A DNA stretch of 64,000 nt, from the NCBI GenBank assembly GCA_024402135.1, contig JAKSJN010000010.1, positions 6,074 through 70,073 on the forward strand, read 5' to 3'. The stretch's first letter is position 1; each line of letters starts with the position of its first letter. Source of the stretch: Bacteroidales bacterium. GTDB taxonomy: Bacteria; Bacteroidota; Bacteroidia; Bacteroidales; UBA932. The translations under genes were made by a program, and so were the position numbers. Positions 19,260-29,270 of this stretch are shown here, piece after piece. Below the pieces are notes generated by a model that was not told the DNA's origin, searched no databases, and saw only the letters and a list, made by a program, of their open reading frames with translations.

Positions 19260-20030
19260 CTAATCTCCGACAAAAGCCAGAGTCGCGACGGAAATCTTCA
19301 CATCACTTCCGAAATGCTGGCGCAGCACCCTGCGGCAGGCGAATAGGGTAGAGCCGCTCGTGAATACATCGTCAATCAGGAGGATGTGACGTGGAACCGA
19401 CTCTTTGAATCTGTGCCTCAGAGCAAATGCTGATTCCATGTTCCCGACTTTGCTCTCGCCGGAGAGGGCTGTCTGTGTCCTGGTGTTACGGACCCGTCGC
19501 AGAATGTCCGTCCGCATTTCCGGTTCCCTGCCCCCTGCGCGCAAGGCGTAAACCCGGACTATCTCGGAAGCGATTATCTCGGCCTGATTGTAGCCGCGTT
19601 TCCATCGGCGCAGAGGATGAAGCGGTACGGGAATCACCATGTCGACATCTTCGAATTCCGGACTGGAACAGAGCCGCCGGCCAAGCATCGCCGAAAAGAA
19701 CTGTCCCATCTTTATGTTGTGGTAGTATTTCAGCTGCGGAGTGATGTGCGCATACGGGGATTCCGTACCATAATAGAATAATGCACAGGCGTTGGCGTAC
19801 GGCTCGTATCCATCCTCCCCAAGATCATTCTGAATAAGGGCGTTCAGCTTGTCGGCCATGGGGTTGCGGCTCTGGTTCCAGAACCGCGTCAGGGGCAGCT
19901 GTGCCAGGCAGTCCGTACAGATGTGACGTTCCCGGAGCAGCAGTTCACGTCCGCATACAACGCAAAGGCGCGGCATCGCAATATCCAGCAATGCCGTGCC
20001 AATATCTTCAAGGCTGATCTCTCTCCACAT
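19260..20030 (-). CDS. comF: ComF family protein (zinc ribbon + phosphoribosyltransferase fold)
   Basis: CVVC..C..C, PVPLH..R...RGYNQA, ILLIDDVFTSGSTL. Confidence 0.88.
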   Translation of the reverse strand: MWREISLEDIGTALLDIAMPRLCVVCGRELLLRERHICTDCLAQLPLTRFWNQSRNPMADKLNALIQNDLGEDGYEPYANACALFYYGTESPYAHITPQLKYYHNIKMGQFFSAMLGRRLCSSPEFEDVDMVIPVPLHPLRRWKRGYNQAEIIASEIVRVYALRAGGREPEMRTDILRRVRNTRTQTALSGESKVGNMESAFALRHRFKESVPRHILLIDDVFTSGSTLFACRRVLRQHFGSDVKISVATLAFVGD

Positions 20031-20084
20031 TCTCTCGCTCTTTCAGTCGTTATCAATCAAAAGTCGCTGCCGTAGCAGGAAACC

Positions 20085-20552
20085 CTAGCTGATGAATTTA
20101 ATTATATAGTACATCATCACCCCGGAGCATGCCAGCTTCATCCCTGTTCCGAAAATGAAGCCGAGAAAGGCTCCTATCGATGCCTTGAACGATGACCACA
20201 TGCCCTTGTCCTCGATGAGAAGTTCCGCAAGGAAGGCTCCTCCCATGGTGCCGAGGAATATTCCGATAGGCGGGTATAGCAGCCCGAGGAAAAGCCCGAC
20301 CAATGCACCGCGTCCGGCCGTCTTCGATCCACCGGTTGCCCTTGTGAGCATTGAAGGGACTACATAGTCCATGATGGTCACGGCAACCGTTATCGCCAGC
20401 CAGATGAGCAGGACGGCAGTCGTCATTTCGCTGCTTCCGGCCAGATAGACCAGAAGAAGACCGATCCAGCTGACAGGAGGCCCAGGAAGTCCAGGAAGGA
20501 TGCTGCCCAGAATGCCGATCACTCCGGCTATGATTGCAAAGGTTTCAAGCAT
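20085..20552 (-). CDS. DUF456 (YqgC-like) membrane protein
   Basis: GILGSILPGLPGPP; GGSKTAGRGALVG; TAATG coupling to pepP. Confidence 0.85.
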   Translation of the reverse strand: MLETFAIIAGVIGILGSILPGLPGPPVSWIGLLLVYLAGSSEMTTAVLLIWLAITVAVTIMDYVVPSMLTRATGGSKTAGRGALVGLFLGLLYPPIGIFLGTMGGAFLAELLIEDKGMWSSFKASIGAFLGFIFGTGMKLACSGVMMYYIIKFIS

Positions 20553-21979
20553 TATTCGGAAGTCATTGCGGCCTCTACATCATCAGGAGAGATAGGGAGG
20601 CGCTTGCCACCAAGTCTGCGCGCTCCGTCAGGAGTGACAAGGACGTCATCCTCGAGGCGTATGCCGCCGAAGTCCATGTATGACTCGAGAGCGTCGTAGT
20701 TCACCATGCCCTTGTCTGTACCGTCAGCCTTCCACTGGCGGATGAGAGCAGGGATGAAGTAGATTCCAGGCTCGTCGGTGACGATGTTGCCAGGCTCGAG
20801 TCTGCGTGCCATGCGGAGGCTGCCGAGGCCGAGCTGCTTTGAACGCTCCTGATCCGCATCGTAGCCTACCAAGTTCTCGCCGTAGTCCTCCATGTCATGT
20901 ACGTCAAGACCCATGTTGTGGCCGAGACCGTGAGGCATGAACAGTCCGCCGATGCCCTCATGAACCATCTCGTCGACGTCTCCGCGTACGAGGTCGAGCT
21001 CCTTGAGGCCCTTCAGCATGCCGCGTACGGTAGAGAGGTGGACATCCCTGTAGGCAACGCCCGGAGCTGTAAGCTTGAATGCATGCTCGTTGGCGTCGCA
21101 GACGATCTGATAGATCTCTCTCTGCTGCTGGGTGTATTTTCCGCCTGTAGGGTATGTGCGGGTGAAGTCTGAAGCATAGTGGCTGTTGCTCTCGACTCCG
21201 GCATCGATCACGAGGAGCTTGCCGGGAACGATAGGCATCTCATGCGAGTGACAGTGGAAAACCTCGCCGTGCTGTGTAAGGATGGTCGCGAAGCTGACGC
21301 CCCAGCCCTTGCTCAGTGCCACACCCTCCATGTCGCCTACGATCTGCTGCTCGATGGTTCCGACCTTGACGCCACGGCGTGCAACTGTGTGCATCTCCTG
21401 GCCGAGTATGCAGGCCTTGTCTATCTCTTCGATCTCGACATCTTCCTTGACAAGACGCATGCTGATGACTGCGCGGAGGAGAGCCTCCGATGCATTCGGA
21501 CATCCCGCCTTGGACGCACTTACGACCTCTGCTGGCTTGAGACCGGTCAGGTCTGCGATCTTCATGGCATTGTACTGGCGGGTCGCGGGCAGGAAATGGA
21601 TCTCGCGCTTGAGTTCACGGGCACGTGCGACCACCTTGTCAATCTCTGCATATGGAGCCGACTTTTCGATGCCGACCGATGCGGCTATGCTTGCCACCGA
21701 TGGGGTAGGACCGTTCCAGATGATGTCGTCCAGGTCTGCGTCGTCGGCGTAGATGGTCTGCTCGCCGCTTTCGATATCGATGGTGGCAGCGTAGCGGGGC
21801 TCATCGATGCCGAAGAGGTACAGCCAGCTGCTGTCCTGGCGGAACTTGTAGCAGTTGTCGCGGTACTGTGCCGGAGACTCGACGTTTCCGATGAAGATTG
21901 CAATTCCTGTGGCGCCCTCAGCCTGCATCATTTCGATCATGTGCCGGCGACGTCCGATGTATACGTTCTTGTCAAACAT
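20552..21979 (-). CDS. pepP: Xaa-Pro aminopeptidase (M24B)
   Basis: Start reassigned to MFDKNVY; FRQDSSWLYLFG, DAG...YASDFTR, PHGLGHNMGLDVHD, TDEPGIY, GGIRLEDD. Confidence 0.92.
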   Translation of the reverse strand: MFDKNVYIGRRRHMIEMMQAEGATGIAIFIGNVESPAQYRDNCYKFRQDSSWLYLFGIDEPRYAATIDIESGEQTIYADDADLDDIIWNGPTPSVASIAASVGIEKSAPYAEIDKVVARARELKREIHFLPATRQYNAMKIADLTGLKPAEVVSASKAGCPNASEALLRAVISMRLVKEDVEIEEIDKACILGQEMHTVARRGVKVGTIEQQIVGDMEGVALSKGWGVSFATILTQHGEVFHCHSHEMPIVPGKLLVIDAGVESNSHYASDFTRTYPTGGKYTQQQREIYQIVCDANEHAFKLTAPGVAYRDVHLSTVRGMLKGLKELDLVRGDVDEMVHEGIGGLFMPHGLGHNMGLDVHDMEDYGENLVGYDADQERSKQLGLGSLRMARRLEPGNIVTDEPGIYFIPALIRQWKADGTDKGMVNYDALESYMDFGGIRLEDDVLVTPDGARRLGGKRLPISPDDVEAAMTSE

Positions 21980-21990
21980 TCTATGTGGTT

Positions 21991-23028
21991 TTAAACTATT
22001 TCGATTCCGGCTGCATGGCACTCGGCGATCATGTCCTCAGGCCAGATGCTGCTCTGGATCTCGCCGATGTGTGCCTTGCGGAGAAGGAACATGCACAGAC
22101 GTGACTGGCCGATACCGCCTCCGATCGTGTATGGCAGCTCGCCGGCAAGCAGACGCTTGTGGAACATGAGTTCCTTCTTCTGCTCCTGACCGCATATTGC
22201 CAGCTGGCGCTCCATGGCAACCTCATCCACGCGGATACCCATGCTGGATACCTCGAATGCCCTTTCAAGCACAGGATTCCAGAGCATGATGTCTCCGTTG
22301 AGACCGTTGAAACCGTCGCTGTTGAGGGTGCTCCAGTCGTCGTAGTCAGCTGCGCGGCCGTCGTGCTTCTCACCGTTGCTGAGTGCACCGCCGATGCCCA
22401 TGATGAACACGGCCTTGTGCTCGCGTACGATAGCGTCCTCGCGCTCCTTCGGGCTGAGGTCTGGATACTTCTGGAGAAGTTCCTCGGCGTGGATGAAGTA
22501 GATGTCTTCAGGAAGCTGAGGCTCGATCTGCGGGAACTCGACGTAGAGCTTGTTCTCGGTCACCTTGATCGCTTCGTAGATGCGGCGTACGGTCTTCTTG
22601 AGGAAGTCGAGGTTGCGGTCTTCCTTGCGGATCACCTTTTCCCAGTCCCACTGGTCGACGTAGATCGAGTGAAGGTTGTCCAGGTCCTCGTCAGGGCGCA
22701 GCGCGTTCATGTCTGTATAGATACCGCGGCCAGGCTGGATCCCCATCTCGCCGAGCTTGAGGCGCTTCCACTTTGCCAGCGAGTGTACGACCTCTGCCTT
22801 GCGCTCATCCATTCCCTTGATAGGGAAGCGTACAGGACGCTCGACGCTGTTGAGGTCGTCGTTGATACCTGTGCCGGAAAGCACCACCATAGGAGCAGTC
22901 ACTCGAAGGAGGGCGAGCTGGGCAGACAGGTTGGTCTGGAACATATCTTTCACGGCCTTGATGGCCTTCTCTGTGTTTTCAACGTTTCCAAGCAGGTTGG
23001 AGTACTCTTTGGGGATGAATAGTGGCAT
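21991..23028 (-). CDS. asnA: Aspartate--ammonia ligase
   Basis: Start reassigned to MPLFIP; EVVHSLAKWKR, SIYVDQWDWEK, HDGRAADYDDW, GGGIGQSR. Confidence 0.96.
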   Translation of the reverse strand: MPLFIPKEYSNLLGNVENTEKAIKAVKDMFQTNLSAQLALLRVTAPMVVLSGTGINDDLNSVERPVRFPIKGMDERKAEVVHSLAKWKRLKLGEMGIQPGRGIYTDMNALRPDEDLDNLHSIYVDQWDWEKVIRKEDRNLDFLKKTVRRIYEAIKVTENKLYVEFPQIEPQLPEDIYFIHAEELLQKYPDLSPKEREDAIVREHKAVFIMGIGGALSNGEKHDGRAADYDDWSTLNSDGFNGLNGDIMLWNPVLERAFEVSSMGIRVDEVAMERQLAICGQEQKKELMFHKRLLAGELPYTIGGGIGQSRLCMFLLRKAHIGEIQSSIWPEDMIAECHAAGIEIV

Positions 23029-23121
23029 TTTGATATCCGTTTTATTAGCAGAGGTAAAAATAACCATTTTATTTTAACAAATGCCTATCTTTGTACCATT
23101 AATATTCTAACCGATCAACTT

Positions 23122-25707
23122 ATGAAAATAAAAGCATTGGCAGGGGCTGCCGTGCTGCTTCTTGCAGCAGCATCATGCAAGCCTGCCTACCAGAACCCGA
23201 ATGCAGATCCTCAGAAGCGTGCTGAAGACATCGTAAGCCGCATGACCCTCGAGGAAAAGGTATCGCTCATGCAGCATGCCTCACCAGCAATCCCACGCCT
23301 CGGAATCAAGCAGTACAACTGGTGGAACGAGGCACTTCACGGAGTAGGCCGTGCAGGTCTCGCTACCGTATTCCCACAGCCTATCGGTATGGGAGCAAGC
23401 TTCGATGACGACATGGTTTACCGTGTATTCGACGCAGTATCTGACGAGGCTCGCGCAAAGAACACCCAGTTCAAGCAGGAAGGCGACCTCAACATCTACC
23501 AGTGCCTTACCTTCTGGACTCCGAACGTAAACATCTTCCGTGACCCACGCTGGGGCCGTGGACATGAGACCTACGGTGAGGACCCATATCTTACCTCACG
23601 TCTCGGTGTACAGGTTGTCAACGGTCTTCAGGGCCCAAGCGACAGCAAGTATGCAAAGCTCTTTGCGTGTGCAAAGCATTTTGCCGTTCATAGCGGACCT
23701 GAGTGGAACCGCCACACCTTCAACGCAAAGGACATCAGCGACCGTGACCTCTATGAGACATATCTCCCTGCATTCCAGACTCTCGTACAGGAGGGTGACG
23801 TAAAGCAGGTGATGTGTGCATACAACCGTTACGAGGACGATCCTTGCTGCGGTAGCGACAAGCTTCTCCAGCAGATTCTCCGCAACGACTGGAACTACCA
23901 GCACATCGTCGTTTCAGACTGTTGGGCAATCAACGACTTCTATCAGGAGGGCCACCACGAGACTGAGCCTGATCCTGCACATTCAGCTGCCAAGGCTGTA
24001 CGTACCGGTACCGATGTAGAGTGTGGTTCTACCTATGCAAACCTCGTTGAGGCAGTAGAGCAGGGCCTTATCGACGAGACTACCATCGACCGTTCGGTTA
24101 TCCGCCTCATGAAGGGACGTTTCGAGCTCGGTGAGATGGATGACGACAAGCTTGTCGAGTGGACCAAGATCCCTTATTCAGTAGTTGACAGCAAGGAGCA
24201 CAAGGCTCTCGCACTCGAGGCTGCCCTCAAGAGCATGGTACTCCTCAAGAACGACGGCACCCTTCCTCTCAAGAAGAACATGAAGGTCGCTCTTCTCGGA
24301 CCAAACGCAGCTGACTCGCTTGTAATGTGGGGTAACTATAACGGATATCCTTCAAAGACTGTCACCCTCCTCGAGGCTCTCCAGTCAAGATATCCTGAGG
24401 CTCAGTTCATCTATGACCAGGGTTGCGACCTCACCTCTGACGTTGCAATCGTGAGCCTTATCAACGACTGTATGACCGAGGATGGCCACAAGGGTTTCTC
24501 TGCAACATACTGGAACAGCCTCAGACCAGAGGGTGATCCTGCAGCAAAGGTATTTATCGACACCCAGGTCAACCTCTCTGCAGCTGGCGCTACCGTATTC
24601 GCTCCAGGCGTAAACCTCGAGAACTTCTGCGGTGTTTACGAGACCGTATTCACTCCTAAGACATCAGGCAAGGTTGCATTCAGCTATCAGGTACAGGGTA
24701 CTCTCAGCATGGAGATCGACGGCGAGACCGTATTCCGTGGCCGTAACAACAAGAATGCTTTCGCATACTCAATGGACGTAAAGGCTGGAAAGTCTTACAA
24801 GATCAAGGTTAACTATGGTACTACCGATGGCCGTGTTGCTGCTGTAAGCTTCAACTTCGGTCACCAGGTTCCACTTGACCTCAATGCAGTTGCAAACAAG
24901 GTCAAGGACGCTGACGTAATCGTTTACGCAGGTGGTATCGCTGCTCAGCTCGAGGGCGAGGAAATGCCTGTTTCTATCGATGGTTTCAAGGGTGGCGACC
25001 GTACCAAGATCGAGCTTCCTAAGGTTCAGACCGCTCTTCTCGAGCGTCTCGCAAAGACCGGCAAGCCTATCGTATACGTGAACTACTCAGGTTCTGCAAT
25101 CGCAATGACCCGCGAGTCTGAGATCTGCAACGCCGTTCTCCAGGCATGGTATCCTGGTCAGGCTGGTGGCGAGGCTATCGCACAGGTTCTTACCGGTGAG
25201 TACAACCCTGCAGGCCGTCTGCCTCTTACCTTCTACAAGTCATCTGCAGACCTTCCTGACTTCATGGACTACAACATGACCAACCGTACCTACCGCTACT
25301 TCAAGGGTGAGCCTCTCTATCCATTCGGATTCGGCCTCAGCTACACCACCTTCGCATATGGTGACGCAACCCTTTCAACCGACAGCTACAAGGCAGGCAG
25401 CAGCATGACCATCGAGATTCCTGTAAGCAATACCGGTTCTATCGACGGTGAGGAGGTTGTTCAGGTTTATCTCCGTCGCGTAGGTGACAACGAGGGCCCT
25501 TCACACGCTCTCCGTGCATTCCGCCGCGTAAATGTAGCAAAGGGCGCTACCGCAAATGTAAGCTTCAAGCTTGATGACAGCAGCTTCCAGTGGTTCGACA
25601 CTACCACCAGCCGCAACAACATCATCCCTGGTGACTACGAGCTCCTCTATGGTCCTTCATCAGACCTCGCATCGCTCAAGGTTGCAAAGCTTACCATCGT
25701 AAAGTAA
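23122..25707 (+). CDS. GH3 beta-xylosidase/beta-glucosidase lipoprotein with PA14-like insert and Fn3-like C-terminus
   Basis: Lipobox AASC; WWNEALHGV, WTPNVNIFRDPRWGRG, CAKHFAVH, VSDCWA (nucleophile Asp), LEGEEM; -7 box TATCTTTG at 23086-23093. Confidence 0.93.
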   Translation: MKIKALAGAAVLLLAAASCKPAYQNPNADPQKRAEDIVSRMTLEEKVSLMQHASPAIPRLGIKQYNWWNEALHGVGRAGLATVFPQPIGMGASFDDDMVYRVFDAVSDEARAKNTQFKQEGDLNIYQCLTFWTPNVNIFRDPRWGRGHETYGEDPYLTSRLGVQVVNGLQGPSDSKYAKLFACAKHFAVHSGPEWNRHTFNAKDISDRDLYETYLPAFQTLVQEGDVKQVMCAYNRYEDDPCCGSDKLLQQILRNDWNYQHIVVSDCWAINDFYQEGHHETEPDPAHSAAKAVRTGTDVECGSTYANLVEAVEQGLIDETTIDRSVIRLMKGRFELGEMDDDKLVEWTKIPYSVVDSKEHKALALEAALKSMVLLKNDGTLPLKKNMKVALLGPNAADSLVMWGNYNGYPSKTVTLLEALQSRYPEAQFIYDQGCDLTSDVAIVSLINDCMTEDGHKGFSATYWNSLRPEGDPAAKVFIDTQVNLSAAGATVFAPGVNLENFCGVYETVFTPKTSGKVAFSYQVQGTLSMEIDGETVFRGRNNKNAFAYSMDVKAGKSYKIKVNYGTTDGRVAAVSFNFGHQVPLDLNAVANKVKDADVIVYAGGIAAQLEGEEMPVSIDGFKGGDRTKIELPKVQTALLERLAKTGKPIVYVNYSGSAIAMTRESEICNAVLQAWYPGQAGGEAIAQVLTGEYNPAGRLPLTFYKSSADLPDFMDYNMTNRTYRYFKGEPLYPFGFGLSYTTFAYGDATLSTDSYKAGSSMTIEIPVSNTGSIDGEEVVQVYLRRVGDNEGPSHALRAFRRVNVAKGATANVSFKLDDSSFQWFDTTTSRNNIIPGDYELLYGPSSDLASLKVAKLTIVK

Positions 25708-25723
25708 GATTTGCTCAATAGAT

Positions 25724-25759
25724 AAAAACGGCCCCCGGTTTCCCGGAGGCCGTTTTTTT
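25724..25759. terminator. Bidirectional intrinsic terminator between GH3 and rmuC
   Basis: aaaaacggcc-cccgg...ccgg-a-ggccgttttttt hairpin. Confidence 0.85.
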
Positions 25760-25782
25760 GTACGCGTGGTCGACTCTTGGCG

Positions 25783-27048
25783 TCACTGTTCAGGCAAAGG
25801 CTTGGAAGGATTGACAGGGACACCGTAACGGATTACCTGGTTGGCGGAGACGAGTATGCTCTGGCCATGGTCGGAAATCTTCGCTGAGCATCTGTCGTAG
25901 CAGGCCTTGGCATCGTCCAGCTTCCTGCCCATCTCGGCGTGTGCCTTTGCGAAGTCTGCCACGCGCTCGATCATGGTCTGGGCGGACTGGATGATCTTCT
26001 GCTGGTTCTTGACCTGCTCGATGTTTGTCCATGCTATGGATATCATGCGCAGGAAAGGCATGATGGTCTCTTCGGTAGTGATGAGAACTTTCTGGGCATA
26101 GGCGCTGCGCCAGAGTGTCTGGTCCATCGAAAGCGCCAGCTGGTACGCAGAGCTGTTCGGAATGAACATTATGACATAGTCCAGAAGCCGGTTCCCGCTC
26201 CGCAGGTATTTGCTGTAGTCCTTCTTCGCAAGACGCTTTACCTGGGTGCGGATTGCATCCAGATTGCGTGTCGCGGCATCCTGTCGTGCAGCATCGTCAG
26301 CGGCCTCGATATAGTCGGAAAATGCATTCAGGGACACCTTGGCGTCCAGGATGACATCCTGGCGGTCAGGATAGTGAAGTATGAAGTCGGGACGCATGCG
26401 GCTGTCGCTGTCCTCGCCGACAAGAACAAAGCCGAGTTCATCGCGCAGTGTCTCCTCCTTGTCGAAATCACGCCCTTCCACCAGTCCTTCGGAGGACAGC
26501 ATGTTCAGCAGGATTGTCTCGCCCCAGCATCCCTGGAATTTCTTCTGGCCACGCATCGCTTCCGCAAGACGGTCTGCCTTCTCTCCGACCTTGCTGCTTT
26601 GTTCCCTGAGGGTATCGACAGCGCTCCTGAAGCTTGCTCCAAGCTCACTGTTGCCTTTGATCTGGCTTTCGCGTGCTGCCTGGAATGCCTCTTTCATGGA
26701 TTTGAGTTCCTTCTCGAAATCTCCTGAAATGCTCCTTACCGTCTCTTCTGCCTTGCGGCTGAGTTCTTCTTCCCTCTGTTTGAGAAGGGCGTCGGTGTGT
26801 TCGGTCATTTCGGCCTTGAGTGTCTCTTTCTGGAACTCGAGCGCCTGGGTGTGGGCGTGCTCCATGTCCGAGATACGGGTCTCGTAGTGCCTTTTCATGT
26901 CTTCAAGGTCGCTCTTTCTCTCCTCGATCCTGATGGCGGCTTTCTCTGCCTCGTGCTTCCATTTTGACACGCCAAGTATGTATGTGAGCGCCCAGGATAC
27001 GGCTGCTCCAGCTGCGAAAAATGCGCAGAGTATGGTTGTGTTATCCAT
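25783..27048 (-). CDS. rmuC: DNA recombination protein RmuC
   Basis: N-terminal TM and coiled coil; KFQGCWGE..L, RPDFILHYPD, LDAKVSL, DYVIMFIP. Confidence 0.9.
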   Translation of the reverse strand: MDNTTILCAFFAAGAAVSWALTYILGVSKWKHEAEKAAIRIEERKSDLEDMKRHYETRISDMEHAHTQALEFQKETLKAEMTEHTDALLKQREEELSRKAEETVRSISGDFEKELKSMKEAFQAARESQIKGNSELGASFRSAVDTLREQSSKVGEKADRLAEAMRGQKKFQGCWGETILLNMLSSEGLVEGRDFDKEETLRDELGFVLVGEDSDSRMRPDFILHYPDRQDVILDAKVSLNAFSDYIEAADDAARQDAATRNLDAIRTQVKRLAKKDYSKYLRSGNRLLDYVIMFIPNSSAYQLALSMDQTLWRSAYAQKVLITTEETIMPFLRMISIAWTNIEQVKNQQKIIQSAQTMIERVADFAKAHAEMGRKLDDAKACYDRCSAKISDHGQSILVSANQVIRYGVPVNPSKPLPEQ

Positions 27049-27084
27049 GATAAAGGATTCTATGTGCGGTGATCCCGTACAGTT

Positions 27085-28119
27085 TTAGACGTTGTATACG
27101 TTGGAAACCGTTTCGAGAGGCTCTCCTCCCCAGCGCTCGCTGACATAGTCCAGAGTGTCGTAGAGTTCCTGGACATCCATGCTGGTGACGAGCTTGATTC
27201 TGGTATCCTTGAAGTCCGGCAGCCCCTTGAAATAGCAGCTGAGATGCCTGCGCATCTCGAAAATGCCGCGCACGTCTCCCTTGTACTGTAGGGACAGGGC
27301 AAGATGACGCTTGGCAAGCGCTACGCGATCGTTGACGCTCATAGGTGGCAGCAGTTCGCCAGTGTCCAGATAGTGACGCATCTCGCGGAAGATCCATGGA
27401 TGACCGAAGGATGCGCGTCCGACCATGATTCCGTCGACACCCCAGCGGTCAAACTGTTCCTTGGCGATCTCTGCCGAGGTCACATCTCCGTTGCCGATGA
27501 TAGGGATATGCATGCGCGGATTGTTCTTGACGGCTCCGATCAGGCTCCAGTCGGCTTCGCCCTTGTACATCTGGCAGCGGGTGCGGCCGTGTATGGTCAG
27601 CGCCGCGATTCCGACATCCTGCAGCCTTTCCGCAAGCTCGACTATGATCTTGGAATTGTCGTCCCAGCCAAGCCGGGTCTTCACTGTGACTGGCTTGTCG
27701 CACGCCTCGACGACGGCTTTTGTTATCGCCACCATCTTGTCGGGTTCCCGCATCATGCCGCTTCCGGCACCGCGGCCGGCAATCTTGCTGACGGGACAGC
27801 CGAAGTTGATGTCGACTATCTCGCAGCCATGTCCACCGGCGATCGTCTCCGCCTTGTCGGCCATCTTTGCGGCCTGGACCATCGCTTCCGGGATGTTTCC
27901 GTAAATCTGGATTGCAACCGGGGATTCCTCGGGGAGGGTACGCATCTTCTCTATGGTCTTCTGGGCGTCGCGTATCAGTCCGTCGGAAGATACGAACTCA
28001 GTGTACACCATCGCGGCACCCTGCTCGCGGCAGAGTACGCGGAATGACACGTCAGTCACATCCTCCATCGGCGCCAGAAGGACAGGGCGCTCTCCAAGGT
28101 CAACATTCCCGATTTTCAT
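27085..28119 (-). CDS. dusB: tRNA-dihydrouridine synthase B
   Basis: LAPMEDVTD, VDINFGCPV, VTVKTRLGW, LTIHGRT, IGNGDV, MVGRA; start set at MKIGN. Confidence 0.95.
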   Translation of the reverse strand: MKIGNVDLGERPVLLAPMEDVTDVSFRVLCREQGAAMVYTEFVSSDGLIRDAQKTIEKMRTLPEESPVAIQIYGNIPEAMVQAAKMADKAETIAGGHGCEIVDINFGCPVSKIAGRGAGSGMMREPDKMVAITKAVVEACDKPVTVKTRLGWDDNSKIIVELAERLQDVGIAALTIHGRTRCQMYKGEADWSLIGAVKNNPRMHIPIIGNGDVTSAEIAKEQFDRWGVDGIMVGRASFGHPWIFREMRHYLDTGELLPPMSVNDRVALAKRHLALSLQYKGDVRGIFEMRRHLSCYFKGLPDFKDTRIKLVTSMDVQELYDTLDYVSERWGGEPLETVSNVYNV

Positions 28120-28264
28120 AGACACAAAATTAGGTGTTGTTTTGAAAACTCACAACCTGTTATAATGCCATCTTCATATCCAAGGTGTCAAGATTTGCCT
28201 TTGCTAAAAGCAACCGCTATTGATTTGTCGTATTACACGAAATCAATTATCTTTGCCAGACCAA

Positions 28265-28349
28265 GCCTTGATGGTGAAATGGTAGACACGAGGGACTTAA
28301 AATCCCTTGGGCAGTAATGTCCGTGCGGGTTCGATTCCCGCTCGAGGCA
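28265..28349 (+). tRNA. tRNA-Leu (anticodon TAA)
   Basis: Acceptor stem GCCTTGA/TCGAGGC, D arm TGGTAGAC, anticodon arm ggga-cTTAAaa-tccc, long variable arm, T arm GGTTCGATTCC; CCA not encoded; -7 box TATCTTTG at 28248-28255. Confidence 0.96.
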
Positions 28350-28352
28350 CAG

Positions 28353-28380
28353 AAAAAGACAGCTATTCAGCTGTCTTTTT
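28353..28380. terminator. Bidirectional terminator after tRNA-Leu
   Basis: Perfect 12-bp stem aaaaagacagct/agctgtcttttt. Confidence 0.9.
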
Positions 28381-28381
28381 C

Positions 28382-28556
28382 CTATTCATTGGATGAGCGA
28401 CCACCCTGTAAGGTTGCAGCCTGTATTGGTTGGAGGATTTTCCACAGGAAGAAGGCGGAAATGATGGTGCCAAGAAGCAGCGCGATGACCGAGGCCTCGG
28501 GACCGAATGAGCCGCCGGTGATGATATCGGGGCCGTTGATATTCGCCGTAAAAATG
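28382..28556 (-). pseudogene. Duplicated 3' fragment of the CPBP gene
   Basis: Encodes IFTANINGPDIITGG...GGRSSNE, matching the C-terminus of 34158-35024; unrelated sequence upstream. Confidence 0.85.
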
Positions 28557-28665
28557 AATGCCGCCAAAGCCACGAAAGAGGAAAGAACTGCTGAAAGAAA
28601 ATGTCTTTCTCAGTCGTCCGTCCGAGGAAGACACATGTAGAAACATATCAGGATGGCATCAATGC

Positions 28666-29262
28666 TTATTCCTCGTACGACTCAAGGGTGCTGACTATTT
28701 CATCGGCGGCGTTGATTATCGTCTTTGAGTTCAGATATTCTATGCCCAAGCACACGATAATTACAAGGATTAATAGAGCCACGGCGCACATCGCCTTGGT
28801 TGGAGTACTCCAGGAGGAATAAATTCTTGGTATGAAATACATTATCACAAGTAAGACGGCACCCCAGACTATAATCAGATAGCGGAAGTAAGCCTTTTTG
28901 AATTGCTTGACAGCAATGATGCTTGTCAGGACGTCACAAGAAAGCATCCTGTTGATATCGTACTTCTTGTAAAAAACCAAGTTCAAGACAAAGAGGAATA
29001 CAATCAGTGAACCGGCAACGATAGGATAATACAGCGGAATCTTTTTCAAAATGGTTATTATGATAACCACGGCCATTGCAATTGGAGCTGCGATGTTTGA
29101 GATTATCTTGTCTCTTTCAATTACCGCCACATTTCTCTTGAAGGTCGCCTTCATGATTTCATCATTGACAATCTTCTGCTTGTCAAGATCCTGCTTGAGG
29201 GTATGATATTGCTCTTTAAGCTGTTTCAGCTCTTCGGAGCAGTTCAATTCTTCGTTCATCAT
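28666..29262 (-). CDS. Membrane protein, putative anti-sigma factor
   Basis: Short N-terminal coiled coil plus about 4 TM segments; starts 8 bp after the ECF sigma stop. Confidence 0.6.
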   Translation of the reverse strand: MMNEELNCSEELKQLKEQYHTLKQDLDKQKIVNDEIMKATFKRNVAVIERDKIISNIAAPIAMAVVIIITILKKIPLYYPIVAGSLIVFLFVLNLVFYKKYDINRMLSCDVLTSIIAVKQFKKAYFRYLIIVWGAVLLVIMYFIPRIYSSWSTPTKAMCAVALLILVIIVCLGIEYLNSKTIINAADEIVSTLESYEE

Positions 29263-29270
29263 TCTGAGTG

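Larger units (their letters stand above)
28331..28556 (+). repeat. 226-bp direct repeat, copy 1 (attL side): tRNA 3' end + terminator + CPBP 3' tail
   Basis: Base-by-base identical to 34107-34332 except one mismatch (T28537 vs C34313). Confidence 0.95.
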
